NCBI RefSeq assembly: GCF_018977255.1
Contig: NW_024704743.1
Span: 18,416,001 to 18,480,000, forward strand
DNA: 64,000 nucleotides
Source of the DNA: Callorhinchus milii
Lineage: Eukaryota
Reading direction: 5' to 3'
In this document: positions 26,801 to 39,174 of the stretch, one piece after another
How positions within the stretch are numbered: position 1 is the first letter of the stretch
How the letters are laid out: every line of letters begins with the position of its first letter
Position numbers and translations under genes: made by a program
Notes under the pieces: generated by a model
What the model saw: only the letters and a program-made list of their open reading frames with translations
The model's database searches: none
Told to the model about the DNA's origin: nothing

Positions 26801-29800
26801 GGATAAAATGTACAAATTCCACACTATTTCAGATAAGAAGGATTTGTTGCCTGATCATGTCATCGAAAGGTCTCAAAGCACTTCACAGGAATTACAGTGC
26901 AGTGTAGAGACTGCACCTGGCAGCCAATTCCATACAACAAATGTCAGCAAATAAGCAGTCCCCATCAATGTGTAAAATAATAGCCAACCAGACAGCCAAA
27001 AGGTGAATGACTCTTGAAGTTTTTTGGCAAGGAAATCGGGAGAAAGTCCCTTCTTTTTCCAAATATTGTCACATGTTTCTTAATATCAACCTGACCAGGC
27101 AGTTGGACCTCAATTTAAACGCTCATCCAAAGAACAGCATCTCTTACAATGCAGCACTCCCCTGGTGTGTCAGCTTGGATTATGAATCCAAGACTTGAGC
27201 CTACAACATTCTGTCCCAGAAACAAGAACGCAGAAAAAAATGTACCCTAAAATTACTGGATGTGGGAAGTAAAAGCCCACATAATGCAATGTATAAAGTG
27301 GCCATGAACAGCTTTTAAAAAGAGCTGGACAAATATTTGGTTACAAATAGCATTGAAAGTTATAAGGATAAATACATATGAGATAATTATTATGGTACAG
27401 GTATTTGCATTTAGGGCAACATGAAAATATTATCACTAGGAAGACAACAGGTCACAAAAGTGCAATTTAACCAGAGGACAGAAAGGATATGGCTCGGGTG
27501 TTGTCAGAGGGGCCTTCACTTACGTCTGTCTATCTGAACAGTTTGTAGACCTTTCGGAAACCACTGCTCGCAACAATGAAGCTCTTCGTTTGGCGAAACA
27601 AGAGGCCAAGGATCACCGCAAACAAATTCAGGTGCTCGGTTCTGAAATCAGTGCACTTAAAGGAATGGTAAGTTATCCCAGTGTGACGAGCAAATGCAGC
27701 CACGATGTATTGTGTAAAATTAAATGATTGTGTGATGCGCTGAACAAAAAATGTATCTTCCATCCATAGAATGGGTGAGCACTTCCATGTCAATTAGTTT
27801 ATTTTATAAAAAATGTATCCTCCAGTCTATTTCCTGAGGACTATTGAGATTTTTGGCCACCCTCAAACCATCAACATTATACAAAATATTGTTGCCTCAT
27901 GCAAGATAAATAATTCTTGCATTTGATATAGCGCCTTATCACGTCACTAAGGTGTCTCGAAGCGCTTCACAGGATTTTACAATGAAGTGCAGTGACTGTA
28001 TTTGTAGGCAAACGCTTATAAAAATATCCATAAATATCTAAAAAATGACTATAAAAATAATTTTTCCCACAAAATACACAGTCAATCCACTTTCCAGTAT
28101 ATTCTGTGAAGTGCTTTGGGATGTCTCAATGATGTGATAAGCCGCTATATCAAATGTAAGGATTATTATTATGAATACCTTAAATTTTGGTCACTTCGTA
28201 AAACCTAAAGGAAGCAATCTTCCCCACTGACCATGAATTTGCAGAAGAGAGGGAAATATAACCTTATTTATCACATCACATACTGCATATACTCATCTGT
28301 CCTTACAAATTATAACATCTGCAAATGAGTTTCACTATAATAATGATCTTTAGGTGGATTGCAAGCTCAGTGCTGCAAGCTAATTGTTAAATTAATGTAA
28401 ATAAATGATAGAAGTAAGTGATTGAGGGGAAGAGGCTTTAAATATTCATTATGTTTCAAGTCATGACAAGAGTCAGTTCTCCTACCTGCTTAGCAAATAT
28501 TATAATAAAACGATAAGCTTTCCCTTTGATGTGGCAACATTCACGTTGGGAGGACATCTTAAAGCGCTTCACAGGAATTATGTAAAGCACAGAGGTCTTA
28601 TTTATATCCAGATGTATTTGTAGGTGAATATTGGGGTCTAATTTGTAATATTTTAACAGGATCCTTAATATGTTACTTGATAAGTAATCCTATTAGAATT
28701 TCTGCCAACCTGTGCTAATTCTGCTCTGAAAGTAGATTAAATTGGAGTGGAGTTGTCATACAAAAGAATAACAAACCTTTGGTTGCCAGAAGGAATCCCC
28801 TCTCGTGGGGCTTGGATATGTATTTAGGAATCCTCGTAAGAGTATCACAAATTTGACCAAACCATAGGCTTATATACTAGTCATGAAGAAATCCTTACCT
28901 TTTCTAAAGTTACATCTCTTTTAGACCATCAATAGAGAAGGAAATACTATTGTCCTCTCTGTTACCAATACAATCCCCCAATACAGATAGTTAGATTGGA
29001 AGCAGGAAAATGTTGGAAGAAAATAACTAACTAACACTAATTAACTGTTCTATGTACTAATATTATTATTATCTAGTATTATTATTATATTATTATTAAC
29101 TTTTTGGGGGCCTAAAAACAGAATGAATCTCTTGAGCGTCAGAAACTTGAAATGGAGGATCGGTTTAACCTGGAGGCAAGTCACTTCCAGGACTCCGTCA
29201 ATCACCTTGAAGACGACATTCGCAACATGAATGTTCAGATGACTCATCATTTGCATGAATATCATGAGCTACTGAAAGTAAAGATGGCTCTAGATATTGA
29301 GATTGAAACCTACAGGAAGCTCCTGGAGGGTGAGGAGAGCAGGTAAGATATTTCAAAACCATGGGTGTTAATTAGCACGTGACACATTACAATTTTCACT
29401 CTAATGTAACAAATGTTCCATCCTGCCAGCCTATTCAACATCCTTATAATAATAATAATAATCCTTGCATTTGATATAGCGCTTTTCACGTTGGGAGGAC
29501 GTCCCAAAGCGCTTCACAGAACACACTGTAAAGTGAATTGACTGTATATTTGTGGGCGAACGCGGCAGCCAATTGCGCACAGCAATGTCCCACAAACAGT
29601 CGTAGATTGAAAATTACCAATTTATTATTGTTTTTGGTTTTGGAGGGATTATTATTAGGCTCTATGTGGAGTAAGGAAACTTGCCCAAGGTTTCGCCCTG
29701 CCTGGAATTGAACTCAGGTCTCTTGCTTGCAAAGCGAGTGCTCTAACCACTGAGCTACAGGACTCCTTATTTCTAACTGATGGCTAAACCCTGCGAATTT

Positions 29801-32800
29801 GAGATTAACAAAAACGTGTCTAGCTTCTTTTAGAACACCTGGCTAGAAGGGGAAGCGGAAGAAGATTCTTTCCATCTTAAATTTACTCAAGTATCGCTTC
29901 TACCTAATATTACTGTGAAGGTGAGAGCTGATAGAAGGAAAGCAAAAACCTACAAGCATCTTTGTTCCATCATTGCTGTTCCAAGGGATCTTTAATGGAA
30001 ATCAAAGATGAAGGATGTGGTTAAAGCCTGATGTGCTAACTGAATCCTTTCTTTTCTAGGATGCCTGCTCCAAATCGTGGTTTTCTGAGTCCGCGAGGTA
30101 GGTAGTGCAAGGCAAAGGTTCAATTTAGTAAAATTTAGATTTTTGCTGTTAACCTACACACATGTGGATATTATGTTGTTTGGTCTAAAGCAAGAATGGT
30201 TCACTGTGCACAAAATCTTATTGCAGTTGTATATTGACTGAACAGAACTTGAGGAAGTTCTCATAAGTAATAATAATGCTTGCATTTGATATAGAGTTTC
30301 ACCACCTCGTGGATGACTGAAAGTGTTCCAAAGGTTATACTGTAAAATGCAATGAGAGTGTATTCTACGAGCCAACATGGCAGCAAATTTGTCCCCCAAA
30401 TAGCAACAGAATGAGAGACTAGTTTTATTTGGGATCATTGGTCAGGACAATGGGATAAACTCCCTTAGCACACAGTATCTTACAACAACATTCACAGAAC
30501 TGATGAGCAATGTTGGAGTTTCTGCTTATAATGTGTGAGTAGAAACACAGATGACAAGAAAATCTGAGATGAAGCTCAAGGTATCTCCGTTAAATATCGT
30601 ATTTACTCATATCTGAAGCATTCAGGGTGTACCTTAGAAATAGATGGCACTGACCATAAAGGTTGGCCATCACTGCTGTAAGTTTTTTTTTCAATTTTTA
30701 TTTTCCCGCATCAATCAGCTGAGCGGAGGCAAATCCTGAGTAAAAAATTTACCTATCAGCCCATATGGTAAAACATTTGGCTGGGGAGATTTTGGTTGTT
30801 CCCTGTTAGCAGATCATTGCTGTAATAATAATCCTTGCATTTGATATAGCATCTTATCGCATCATTGACACGTCTCAAAGCTCTTCACCGAATATTGTAA
30901 AGTGAATTGACTGTGTATTTTATGGAAAAAAATGCTGTAAAATAAGCCTAAAACCTCTCGTGGCTGTGACATGTGCTTCCACCCACCGGCTCAGATTCCG
31001 AAACAGGATTGTTAAGCACCTTGGGACGTCCTCCCATCATGAAAGGCCCTGTATAAATATAAGCTTGTATTTGAGTGTTAGTCATGGGATATCAGCTGAG
31101 TTGAGATTACTGTATCCAGTTCAAAGAATTGAGCATCAAAGCAGCATAGACATTACAATGCACTGAATAGCTTGCAGCAATATTAGGACTGTAAAAAATA
31201 AACTTCAAATTAAGACTCCATTTAACAATTTTCCAAAATTCTGCACAATATTAAATTTGAGGCAGCGGTCTAAAGGCTAAGAGATATTTCAAGCCACTGA
31301 TGTATGAACTTAATAAAGTGGATTTATTTTTGTGGGTAATGGTAAGTTCTGTACAAAGTTACAATCTGCAATTAAGCTTTGGATATATGAAAGCTGTGGA
31401 TAAAAGATTACCACTGTACTCAGATACACCCATTAAATTGGCATTCATAAAATCACAAGAAAGGTTTAAATGACCCATTTGATCTCATCCTTCCAGAATA
31501 CCCACCCTTCCATCTTTCCATTGAAATATTAAACTGTTTCTTAAATGAGTTCAGCATCCTCCAGTTTCTCCTCATGCCTCAGCATCTTGAACCTTACCAT
31601 CACCGACAAAGCCATTTCAGACCATTACTTTATCTCCCTTAACTACTCAATTCATCTCCTACTGCCCCTGGAAAAAAATCTCCCCTCACTCTTTCTCTGT
31701 TGTCTTGGAGTCATCTGAACTCCTCCCCCTCTGGGCTTCCTCCCGCAATGACCTATCCTTCTCGGTCACTCTCCTCCACAACTCCCTCTCCACCACACTC
31801 GATGCCCTTGCCCCCTCACTTCCCAAACCATCTCACGGAAGTCACCACGGTACACCAGCCACCTCCACTGCCTTAAGGCTCAGGTGCGTGCCACTGAATG
31901 CACCTGGCTCAAATCCAACTTAACAGTTCATCGGCAGTTCTGGCTGGACCTTATCAAGTCTTACTGCTCTGCCCTTGCCTCCGCTAAATCGTTGTTCTAG
32001 TCCAAGGCAACCTTGGAGGCCAAGGGCAACCCCAGGCTCCTCTTCTCCATCACCAACCAGTTCCTCCGCCCACCCTCTCACGCCTTGCCTATCCTCTCCT
32101 CCAACGACAACTGCGAGATGTTGGACTTCCTTAAAACCGAAGTCGAGGGGATCCGTTCAGTTGCTTCTGCCCTTCCGACAACTACACCCTCCCCATCATC
32201 CCCTCACACCCCGACTCCCACCCATCCCTTCCTCCACACCTTCGAACCTTTCTCCCACTCCTCTCTCATCACCACCATAACCCACATGAAACCAACCACC
32301 TGTTCCCTCGAACCCATCCCTAGCCCTCTCCTTACCTCCCAGCTCCACCTCCTTGCCCCCCTACTCACAGACATCATAAACCTCCCTGTCCACTGGCATC
32401 CATCATCACTCCTAATCTTAAAAAACCCTCCCTGAACCCGTCCCTGCTCTCAAACTACCACCCCATATCCAACCTTCCTTTCCTTTCCAAGGTCCTGGAA
32501 CTAGTCGTTGCTGCCCAGCTTTGCTCCTTCCTCTCTCGCCACTCCCTTCACAAACCCCTCCATTTGTCAAAGTGACAAATGACATTTTGCCCATCTGTGA
32601 CCAGGGCTCCCTCTGCCTCCTCGTCCTCCTTGACCTCTCTACTGCCTTTGATAACGTTGACCATTCTATCCTACTCCACCAACTCTCCTCTCACCTCAAC
32701 CTTCATGGTTAGGTCCTTGAATGGTTCAGATCCTACCCTCACACTGTCTCCACTTCATCTCCACTAGTGGTTTCTCCTCTAGCCCCCGCACCATCTCATG

Positions 32801-34604
32801 CAGAGTTCCTCAGGGCTCCGTCCTTTGTCCCCTCCTTTTCAATATCTATATGCTCCCTCTTAGTGACGTCTTCCGCAGACATGGGGACAATTTCCACATG
32901 TATGCGGTTGACACCCAACTCTATCTCTCTGCCTCCACCCTCAACTCCAGGACTACTGCCCTCTTGACAGAATATCTGTCAGACATCAAGTCCTGGATGA
33001 GAGCTAACTTTCTACAGTTGAATGTCAACAAGACCGAGGCTCTCCTGATTGGCTCCTGTCAGCGCCTCCTCACCTCAGGTACTGACAGCATCACCATCCA
33101 AGGACGCACACTCCACCTTACTGAGCCAGTCCGGAACCTTGGCATCTTGTTTGACCTCAACTATCCTTTCTCCCACACACCCGTGCCATGACCCGATCTG
33201 CCTTCCCCCACCTACGCAACATCGCCTGACACCACCACTGTCTCACATCGCAGGCCACCGAGACCCTCATACACGCATTCATAACATTCATGCTTCACTA
33301 TGCAAACTCTCTGCTTGTGGCCTCCACAACTCCTCCCTCCATAGGCTGCAGATCATCCAGAACTCTGCAGCCTGTGTCCTCTTCCGAACCAGCCTCTGCG
33401 ACCCTTTCACCCCCATCCTTGCCTGAGTCCACTGGCTTCCCATCACACAGAGAATACAGTTCAAGATCCTGGCCCTCAAAGTGCTCCATAGCCTTGCTCC
33501 CCTCTACATCTGCAAACTTCTAACCCCATACCAACCTGTTCGCTTCCTCCGTCAGTGGGTTCTGGGCTGTTTCACGTTCCCTGCCTCGCCCGCCTCACCA
33601 TTGGCAGGTGGGCCTTCTTCCACTCTTCTTCCACCCTCTGGAACTCCATCTCACAGTCCCTCCACCTCGCCCCCTCCCTTGCCTCCGTCAAGACCCATCT
33701 CAAGACCCTCCTCTTCGACCATGCCTTCAGTCAACCTCCTTCTCGCGCCTTGGGACGTCCTCCTGACGTGAAAGGCGCTTTATAAATGGAATCTTGTTGT
33801 TGTTGTTGTTGTTCTCCCCCTGCCTTCCACCCTCCCCAATCCTGCGCCTCATCTCAGGTCAGAAACACTGACTGTCCAGCGCCTAGGGACATCCTCCCAA
33901 CATGAAAGGCGCTTTACAAATGCAATTTTGTTGTTGTGGTCTTGGCCAACAATCCCTCAGATAAAATTCACTCAATCACTATTTATGGGACATCACTATG
34001 CATAAATTGGCTGCCTTCTGCAAGAAACACAAGTCACTACACTTTACGGTGAACTACTTTGATTTTTTCAATGATGTTAAAAAGTGGTATATCAAATTGA
34101 TTTATTAATTGAAATCAATCAAAATATGCACACTTGACTAGTATGTTATTCCATACCTTCCTTTCTATACAGAACCAAACACTCCAGAGGAAACCCATTC
34201 GAAAGTCTATTCCATGGAGAAGAAACTCTCTGTGAAAACATTTGAAGAATTAGATGAACTGGTTAGTAACAGTCACAAGTATTGTGTCTATAAATGGTGC
34301 GATTTGAAATACTAAAATAATAAAAATCATAATCCTTATATTCGCTATAGCCCCTTTTGACATTGGGAAGATGTCCCAAAGCGCTTCACAGGATATACTG
34401 TAAAGTGCAGTGACTGTTTTGTGGGCGAATTAGAGAATGTGACACAAGTTTTAAAGGAATAGAATTATTCCTACTGAATTGAGTGAAGTCAAATAAATAA
34501 ATTACGTGTGTTTTTGTTCTTCCCATTATCAGGTGCTAAATGAACCTGTCCGGAATATTGAAGTGCAATTGACCAGCGAAGAGGAAGAACCAGCTGAAGA
34601 GTAA
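7109..34604 (+). CDS. Vimentin-like type III intermediate filament, divergent tandem paralogue (copy A), 9 exons, 458 aa
   Basis: join(7109-7620,13792-13852,22644-22739,23233-23394,27542-27667,29122-29342,30060-30097,34173-34261,34533-34604) = 1377 nt with an open frame and GT-AG introns throughout. Rod exons of 61/96/162/126/221 nt are typical of type III IF genes. LNNRF and [10 protein letters not shown] motifs are present. Confidence 0.92.
7683..9110 (+). mobile_element. CR1 LINE, 5'-truncated ORF2 (RT) plus 3' tail, in copy A intron 1
   Basis: [37 protein letters not shown] and [12 protein letters not shown] motifs with frameshifts; GGCCGAATGGCC terminal stem. Confidence 0.93.
10540..12410 (-). 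mobile_element. L2 LINE ORF2 fragment interrupted by a SINE
   Basis: [21 protein letters not shown] and [12 protein letters not shown]; homologous to 31540-33813. Confidence 0.9.
11796..12137 (-). mobile_element. Full-length SINE nested in the L2 element
   Basis: Long (TAA)n tail, core and tRNA-like head, with L2 sequence on both sides. Confidence 0.88.
12962..13273 (+). mobile_element. Full-length tRNA-derived SINE
   Basis: GGAGTCCTG head through (ATT)n tail. Confidence 0.88.
13792..13852 (+). CDS. Copy A exon 2 (61 nt)
   Basis: ttgcag|[21 protein letters not shown] |gtac. Confidence 0.92.
14250..14530 (+). mobile_element. Old CR1 3' fragment
   Basis: [19 protein letters not shown] and [14 protein letters not shown] remnants. 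Confidence 0.7.
18085..18460 (+). mobile_element. Older Deu-type SINE of a second family; related fragments near 19890-20330, 24765-25110, 34985-35290 and 48535-48830
   Basis: tRNA-like head, GATGAGACATTAAACC block, AAATTGGC core and L2-like tail recur among the copies. Confidence 0.7.
18620..19300 (-). mobile_element. Old CR1 3' fragment
   Basis: Minus-strand [16 protein letters not shown] and related CR1 C-terminal remnants. Confidence 0.75.
22644..22739 (+). CDS. Copy A exon 3 (96 nt)
   Basis: [36 protein letters not shown] flanks. Confidence 0.93.
23233..23394 (+). CDS. Copy A exon 4 (162 nt)
   Basis: EIHELQ...[33 protein letters not shown]. Confidence 0.94.
25535..25845 (-). mobile_element. 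Full-length tRNA-derived SINE
   Basis: Same family as 5824-6148. Confidence 0.88.
27542..27667 (+). CDS. Copy A exon 5 (126 nt)
   Basis: [42 protein letters not shown]. Confidence 0.93.
29122..29342 (+). CDS. Copy A exon 6 (221 nt, end of rod)
   Basis: NESLERQ...[20 protein letters not shown](R). Confidence 0.94.
29446..29766 (-). mobile_element. Young full-length SINE
   Basis: Nearly identical to the reverse complement of 38489-38826. Confidence 0.9.
30060..30097 (+). CDS. Copy A exon 7 (38 nt)
   Basis: Strong pyrimidine acceptor, [12 protein letters not shown], donor G|gtaggt as in copy B exon 7; phases fit the neighbouring exons. Confidence 0.75.
31540..33937 (+). mobile_element. L2 LINE, 5'-truncated and decayed, with a second 3' terminus at about 33814-33937
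   Basis: [33 protein letters not shown] and [11 protein letters not shown]; terminal stem-loop and (GTT)n tail end at 33813. Confidence 0.92.
34173..34261 (+). CDS. Copy A exon 8 (89 nt)
   Basis: (E)[33 protein letters not shown] aligns with copy B exon 8. Confidence 0.82.
34533..34604 (+). CDS. Copy A exon 9, coding part
   Basis: [27 protein letters not shown]; the following 3'UTR aligns with copy B. Confidence 0.82.
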   Translation: MLNEPVRNIEVQLTSEEEEPAEE

Positions 34605-34920
34605 TCTTACAGTAAAGGCCTGAAATGCTGCGGATTTCAACAAAGACTGGAGCTGTTTAAAAGAAACAAAGTAATGCAAAAATATGCTTCTTCTTAATCA
34701 CAAAGTAATGTATTAGTTAGCTTTAAATGGCTTCTGCATTTATTTGCTTTACAGAAGGATTATACCTGACTGTTTCTACAGTGACCAGCTTATGGTCAAG
34801 CAAATAATAACATTTCATTCTTCAAATTTTGATTCTGATTTACAGATAAAAAATCTCAGTTGTTTATTTTGTTTTACCAACCTTTAAGTATAAAGTTAAC
34901 AAACTGTCTTCAAGAAACTC

Positions 34921-34926
34921 AATAAA
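34921..34926 (+). terminator. Putative polyadenylation signal of copy A
   Basis: AATAAA about 320 nt after the stop, followed by GT-rich sequence. Confidence 0.65.
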
Positions 34927-36932
34927 GTGTTTTGAGAAAATCAATCTGTGTATTTGGGTTAATATTTGATATTCTATTTGGCACTTGGGGTGCCCTGGAT
35001 TCTTGGAGGTGCCGCCCTTCGAATGAAACATTAAACTAAGTTCCTGTCTGCTGTTCAAGTGGATATTAAAATCCAATGATCTATTGGAAAAGAGAAGAAA
35101 GGTTCTCTTTTGTCCTGGCCAATAATTCTCCAGTTAAAATTGGCCATTCATTTAATGGTTATTTGTGGGACATTGCTGTGCACAAATTGGCTGCTGCATT
35201 TGCCTATAACATATGCTCACCATATCTACAATAAAATTTTGTGAAGCACTTTGATGACACGATAAGGCAATATATCAAATGAGAAGATCATTTATTATGT
35301 AATAGAGGCTCAATGGCCTTCTCCTATTCTGTAATTGTTGTGATTCTGGAAGTGTTCTGATATTTCTTAACAGGAATCCTTATTGAAGAATCCATTTAAA
35401 ATTTCCATTCACCCACAAGTATTCTGCTCTGAAAATAAATTGCCTTAGAGATTAGAGAGATTAGACCTCTCGTATATTTCAACCGCATTAAAGGGTCAAT
35501 TATGATCCAATGTTTTCAATAGCAAAAACACCTTTTTGAAATCATTAATTGAGAAATACTGGAATCAGGTGCATGCTTTCAAAGGCATTGTGATATGACA
35601 TACATAACAATTTAAGAACATAAGAATCGCTAGACGAAAGAAGACCAAGGCCCATGCAGTTCGCAGTTCACCATCCTGGCAGTGGTATGCATCCTTCATG
35701 TCCCAAACTATATACTGTATCCCGAGATATTATTTCTCAACAGAAATCTATCTAATGTGTTCTTGAAAGAATCAACACTTTCTGCTTCCATTGGCTTCCC
35801 TAGGGAACCTGTTCCATAAGTTGACTACTCGATCACTGAAGTAGTTTTTCCACAGATTTGTGTTGAATTTACGTTTGTAACTTTTATTATTGTTGCATTG
35901 ATTTTGCTACTATGAACTATGTTCAAGTAGAAATTAGAGCAGAGATACAAGTCATATGACCAAAAATTAAATTTTGCATATTATTCCCCTATTTCTAGAG
36001 GTATTTTTCTTCTTCCCGTATGCTCCCACAAAGAGCCTTATCAAGTCATTAAGATGTATCAAAGCTCTTCACAGAATATACTGTAAAGTGAATTGACTGA
36101 GAATTCCTGACTGAGGAATCTATTTAAAATTTCCATTCACCCACATGTATTCTGCTGTGGGAGAAATGCAGCAGCCAAGTGCACACAGCAGTGTCCCACA
36201 AACAGTCATGGATTGAGTGACCAATTAATTTTTGAGGGATTATTACCACCATAGTAATTTTAATAATATTTTTATTAATAATTAATAAGTGCACAACTAA
36301 CCAAATAATGATAGTTTGAAAATATTATTAAAATTATTATCCCCATAATATTGTGATATTTTTTATTAATAGTATTTTGGGGGATACACAACTTACCGAA
36401 GGACATCACATTGTATAAAACCAGCCATTTGGGGCAAAACCCGAAGAATCAGCATTGAGACAATGATGTGTTTTATACTGTAGTAACATTTATAAGGCAC
36501 ATCACAGACCGCTCCCATAACACTCCTTAAATAACATGCATTAACTGCAAACAATTTCCAGCAAATTGTCACAAGCAACAAAAATAGATTTTTTCGGATT
36601 ACAGCAAGAGTAAATAAACTAACTGAAACAATAATTTCACGTGTGAAAGAGGCTTCCTCTATCGTTTAAATCGGAATCTAGTGACATGAAACTATGCCCA
36701 TGGCAATACAATGAATTATGGATATAGCTGTAAGTGAAGAGATAGTATTTTTTTCTGAAACAGGGATTTCAAAGAGGCCCCTGAAGTATTCCAGTCGATG
36801 GATGGCTTAAATTAGTTTTCTGGCTTCACTTCCCATCCAGGTTGTTTTTTCAAGCTTTCACTTAAATCTTACATTCTCTTATTTTTGCGAGTGCTTTTTC
36901 TTGTAGTGGAACCAGATGCGGTGAGCCATCAT

Positions 36933-37040
36933 CTCTCTCTCTCACACACACACACACATATGCCCACCCACACACATACACACTCACACATACACCCACC
37001 CACACACACATACCCACCCACACGCACATACACGCACACA
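36933..37040. repeat. (CT)n/(CA)n microsatellite
   Basis: Seen directly. Confidence 0.85.
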
Positions 37041-38488
37041 TCGAGATTCGTGATCAATGCGAGGTCAAAGGGCTGGAACATTGCATGGGTTTGAAGTGGC
37101 TTAACACAGCACAGCATAACAGACGATGCTGACATGCTCAGCACTTAGTTTGGCTTTTATCAGTGCTGTACTGTAGTGTACTGGTAAAAGAGTGTGAGGG
37201 GGAGTATGTGAGAGGTTTGTTTCAGCGCTGTAAAAAAACACGCCAATTCTATTCGAACAAAGTTTGTGAGAAATTCAAAGATCTGAGTTTCTGTTGCCCT
37301 CATTTATTTATTTGTTTTGTTTGTTTGAAAGATTTTTGGTCACAATGAGCATCACTATTAATGGGTGGTATCAAGTATATGTTATTGTACGCGACACTTC
37401 ACTGATTTTTATGTCAAAATGTATTACCTGATATCCAAAAATATCAAAAAGGTGTTATTCACCCAGTTCTCCTGAATCTACATGAATTGTTTATATTGAA
37501 AATGATCCACAGTGAATTAAAAACTGACCTTTTTTTTAAAAAAAGCAGTCGATTTTATAAATAACGTGTAGTGTTTAAAAAGAAAGATTATTTATTTACT
37601 CGTGGCGACAGGCTGTATAAATACTGGGAAAGGTGGAGCTTGAGAAGTAAATGGATTGGATTCTAACGACTGTTAAGCAGAGGCAGGTTCCACATCACAG
37701 ATTTTCTGGGGGTCAGATTTCTAACATTAAGTCACTTCATTGGTCACTTCAATCCACGATTGTTTGTGGGACACCTCTGTGCGCAATCGGCTGCCACGTT
37801 TCGCCCACAAAATATACGGTCAATTCTCTTTACAGTCTATTCTGTGAAGCGCTTTGAGACGTCCAGAAGACGCGAAAAGCGCTATATCAAACGCAAGGAT
37901 TATTATTAGAACATTAAAGCCTTAAGAAATGTGAGCCGGTTGACACATTCCCCTCCTCAGCGTAGCCTCACAAACATTTTTGTCTGTCAACGCGTTTCCT
38001 GAACCATTTCACTTTCTGTATCACTCTTTTTTGTCCCCCAATGATTAACGCTTTTTTAAGTATTTTTGTTTTGTCCTAAAAGAAAGAAGTCTGCATTCCA
38101 GTTAAGGCTCTGAAGGAGGGAGGGGAAGGGGGTGGGGGGGAATGATCTGCACTTGGTTACTCTGGCAAATCCGATGGCATGTCTGCAATTCTCTACCGCT
38201 CTCCACCTCCCCAGGTCCACACGTTGTTGCCAAGACACTGGAACTGTTTTCTCGCCAGAGACAATATTTTCCGAAAAGAAATCGGCTCGCGGAATCCTGT
38301 CTATAGCTCCCCCACCCCACCACCACCCACCAAAGAAAAAGGGATCCGAATCAGTAGCTGTGGGGAGGAGAGAAGCCCAAGTCGCACCCTCCCCCCACCC
38401 ATCGAATTCCTCTCGAATCCCACAACATTCAGGGGAGAGATTACAAACCATTCCAGCTAAAGCCAGAGAAGTACAGCAATAATAATGT

Positions 38489-38792
38489 GGAGTCCTGTAA
38501 CTCAGTGGTTAGAGCACTCGCTTTGCAAGTGAGAGACCTGAGTTCAATTCCAGGCAGAGGGCGAAACCTTGAGCAAGTTTCCTTACTCCACACAGAGCCT
38601 AATAATAATCCCTCCAAAACAAAACAATAATAAATTGGTCATTTTCAATCTACGACTGTTTGTGGGACATTGCTGTGCGCAATTGGCTGCCGCGTTCGCC
38701 CACAAATATACAGTCAATTCACTTTACAGTGTGTTCTGTGAAGCGCTTTGGGACGTCCTCCCGACGTGAAAAGCGCTATATCAAATGCAAGG

Positions 38793-38825
<33 letters not shown>

Positions 38826-38826
38826 A
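38489..38826 (+). mobile_element. Young full-length SINE (tRNA-Ala-like head, Deu-like core, L2-derived tail)
   Basis: A box CAGTGG, B box GTTCAATTCC, TTTGCAA anticodon-like loop, GCTGTGCGCAATTGGCTGCC core and (ATT)n tail. Confidence 0.9.
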
Positions 38827-39174
38827 TAAGCCCAGGCAGCAGAAACCTCCCGTTTTGTGTGTGCTCTGTCCCAGTGGTTGTTTGGACAGCGAGTGGTGTC
38901 GAAGTGAACAATCTGAACAGATGTCAGACCAGAGTGAAGCATTTATTCCTAACCCTAAGTGTGGGAAGGCAGTTTTCCTACAAAANCGAGTTATATTGTT
39001 TTTTTTATATATTAAAAAAACGAAAAAAAACGGGAATCGCTCAAACGTACTATTAAAAAAAAGATACTTTGATATATATATATATATATGTGTGTGTGTG
39101 TTGAAGCCGCAAGTGGATTTTCCGTTGAAAGTTAAGTTATGGGGCGGTTATAAATCACGATGGATGGAGATTTA

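Noticed and set aside
7109..34604. Copy A as a pseudogene
   Set aside because: All nine exons have intact splice sites and frame, and a TATA box and poly(A) signal are present.
38489..38560. tRNA-Ala(TGC)-like sequence, also seen at other SINE heads
   Set aside because: It is always joined to a SINE core and tail, so these are SINE heads rather than tRNA genes.
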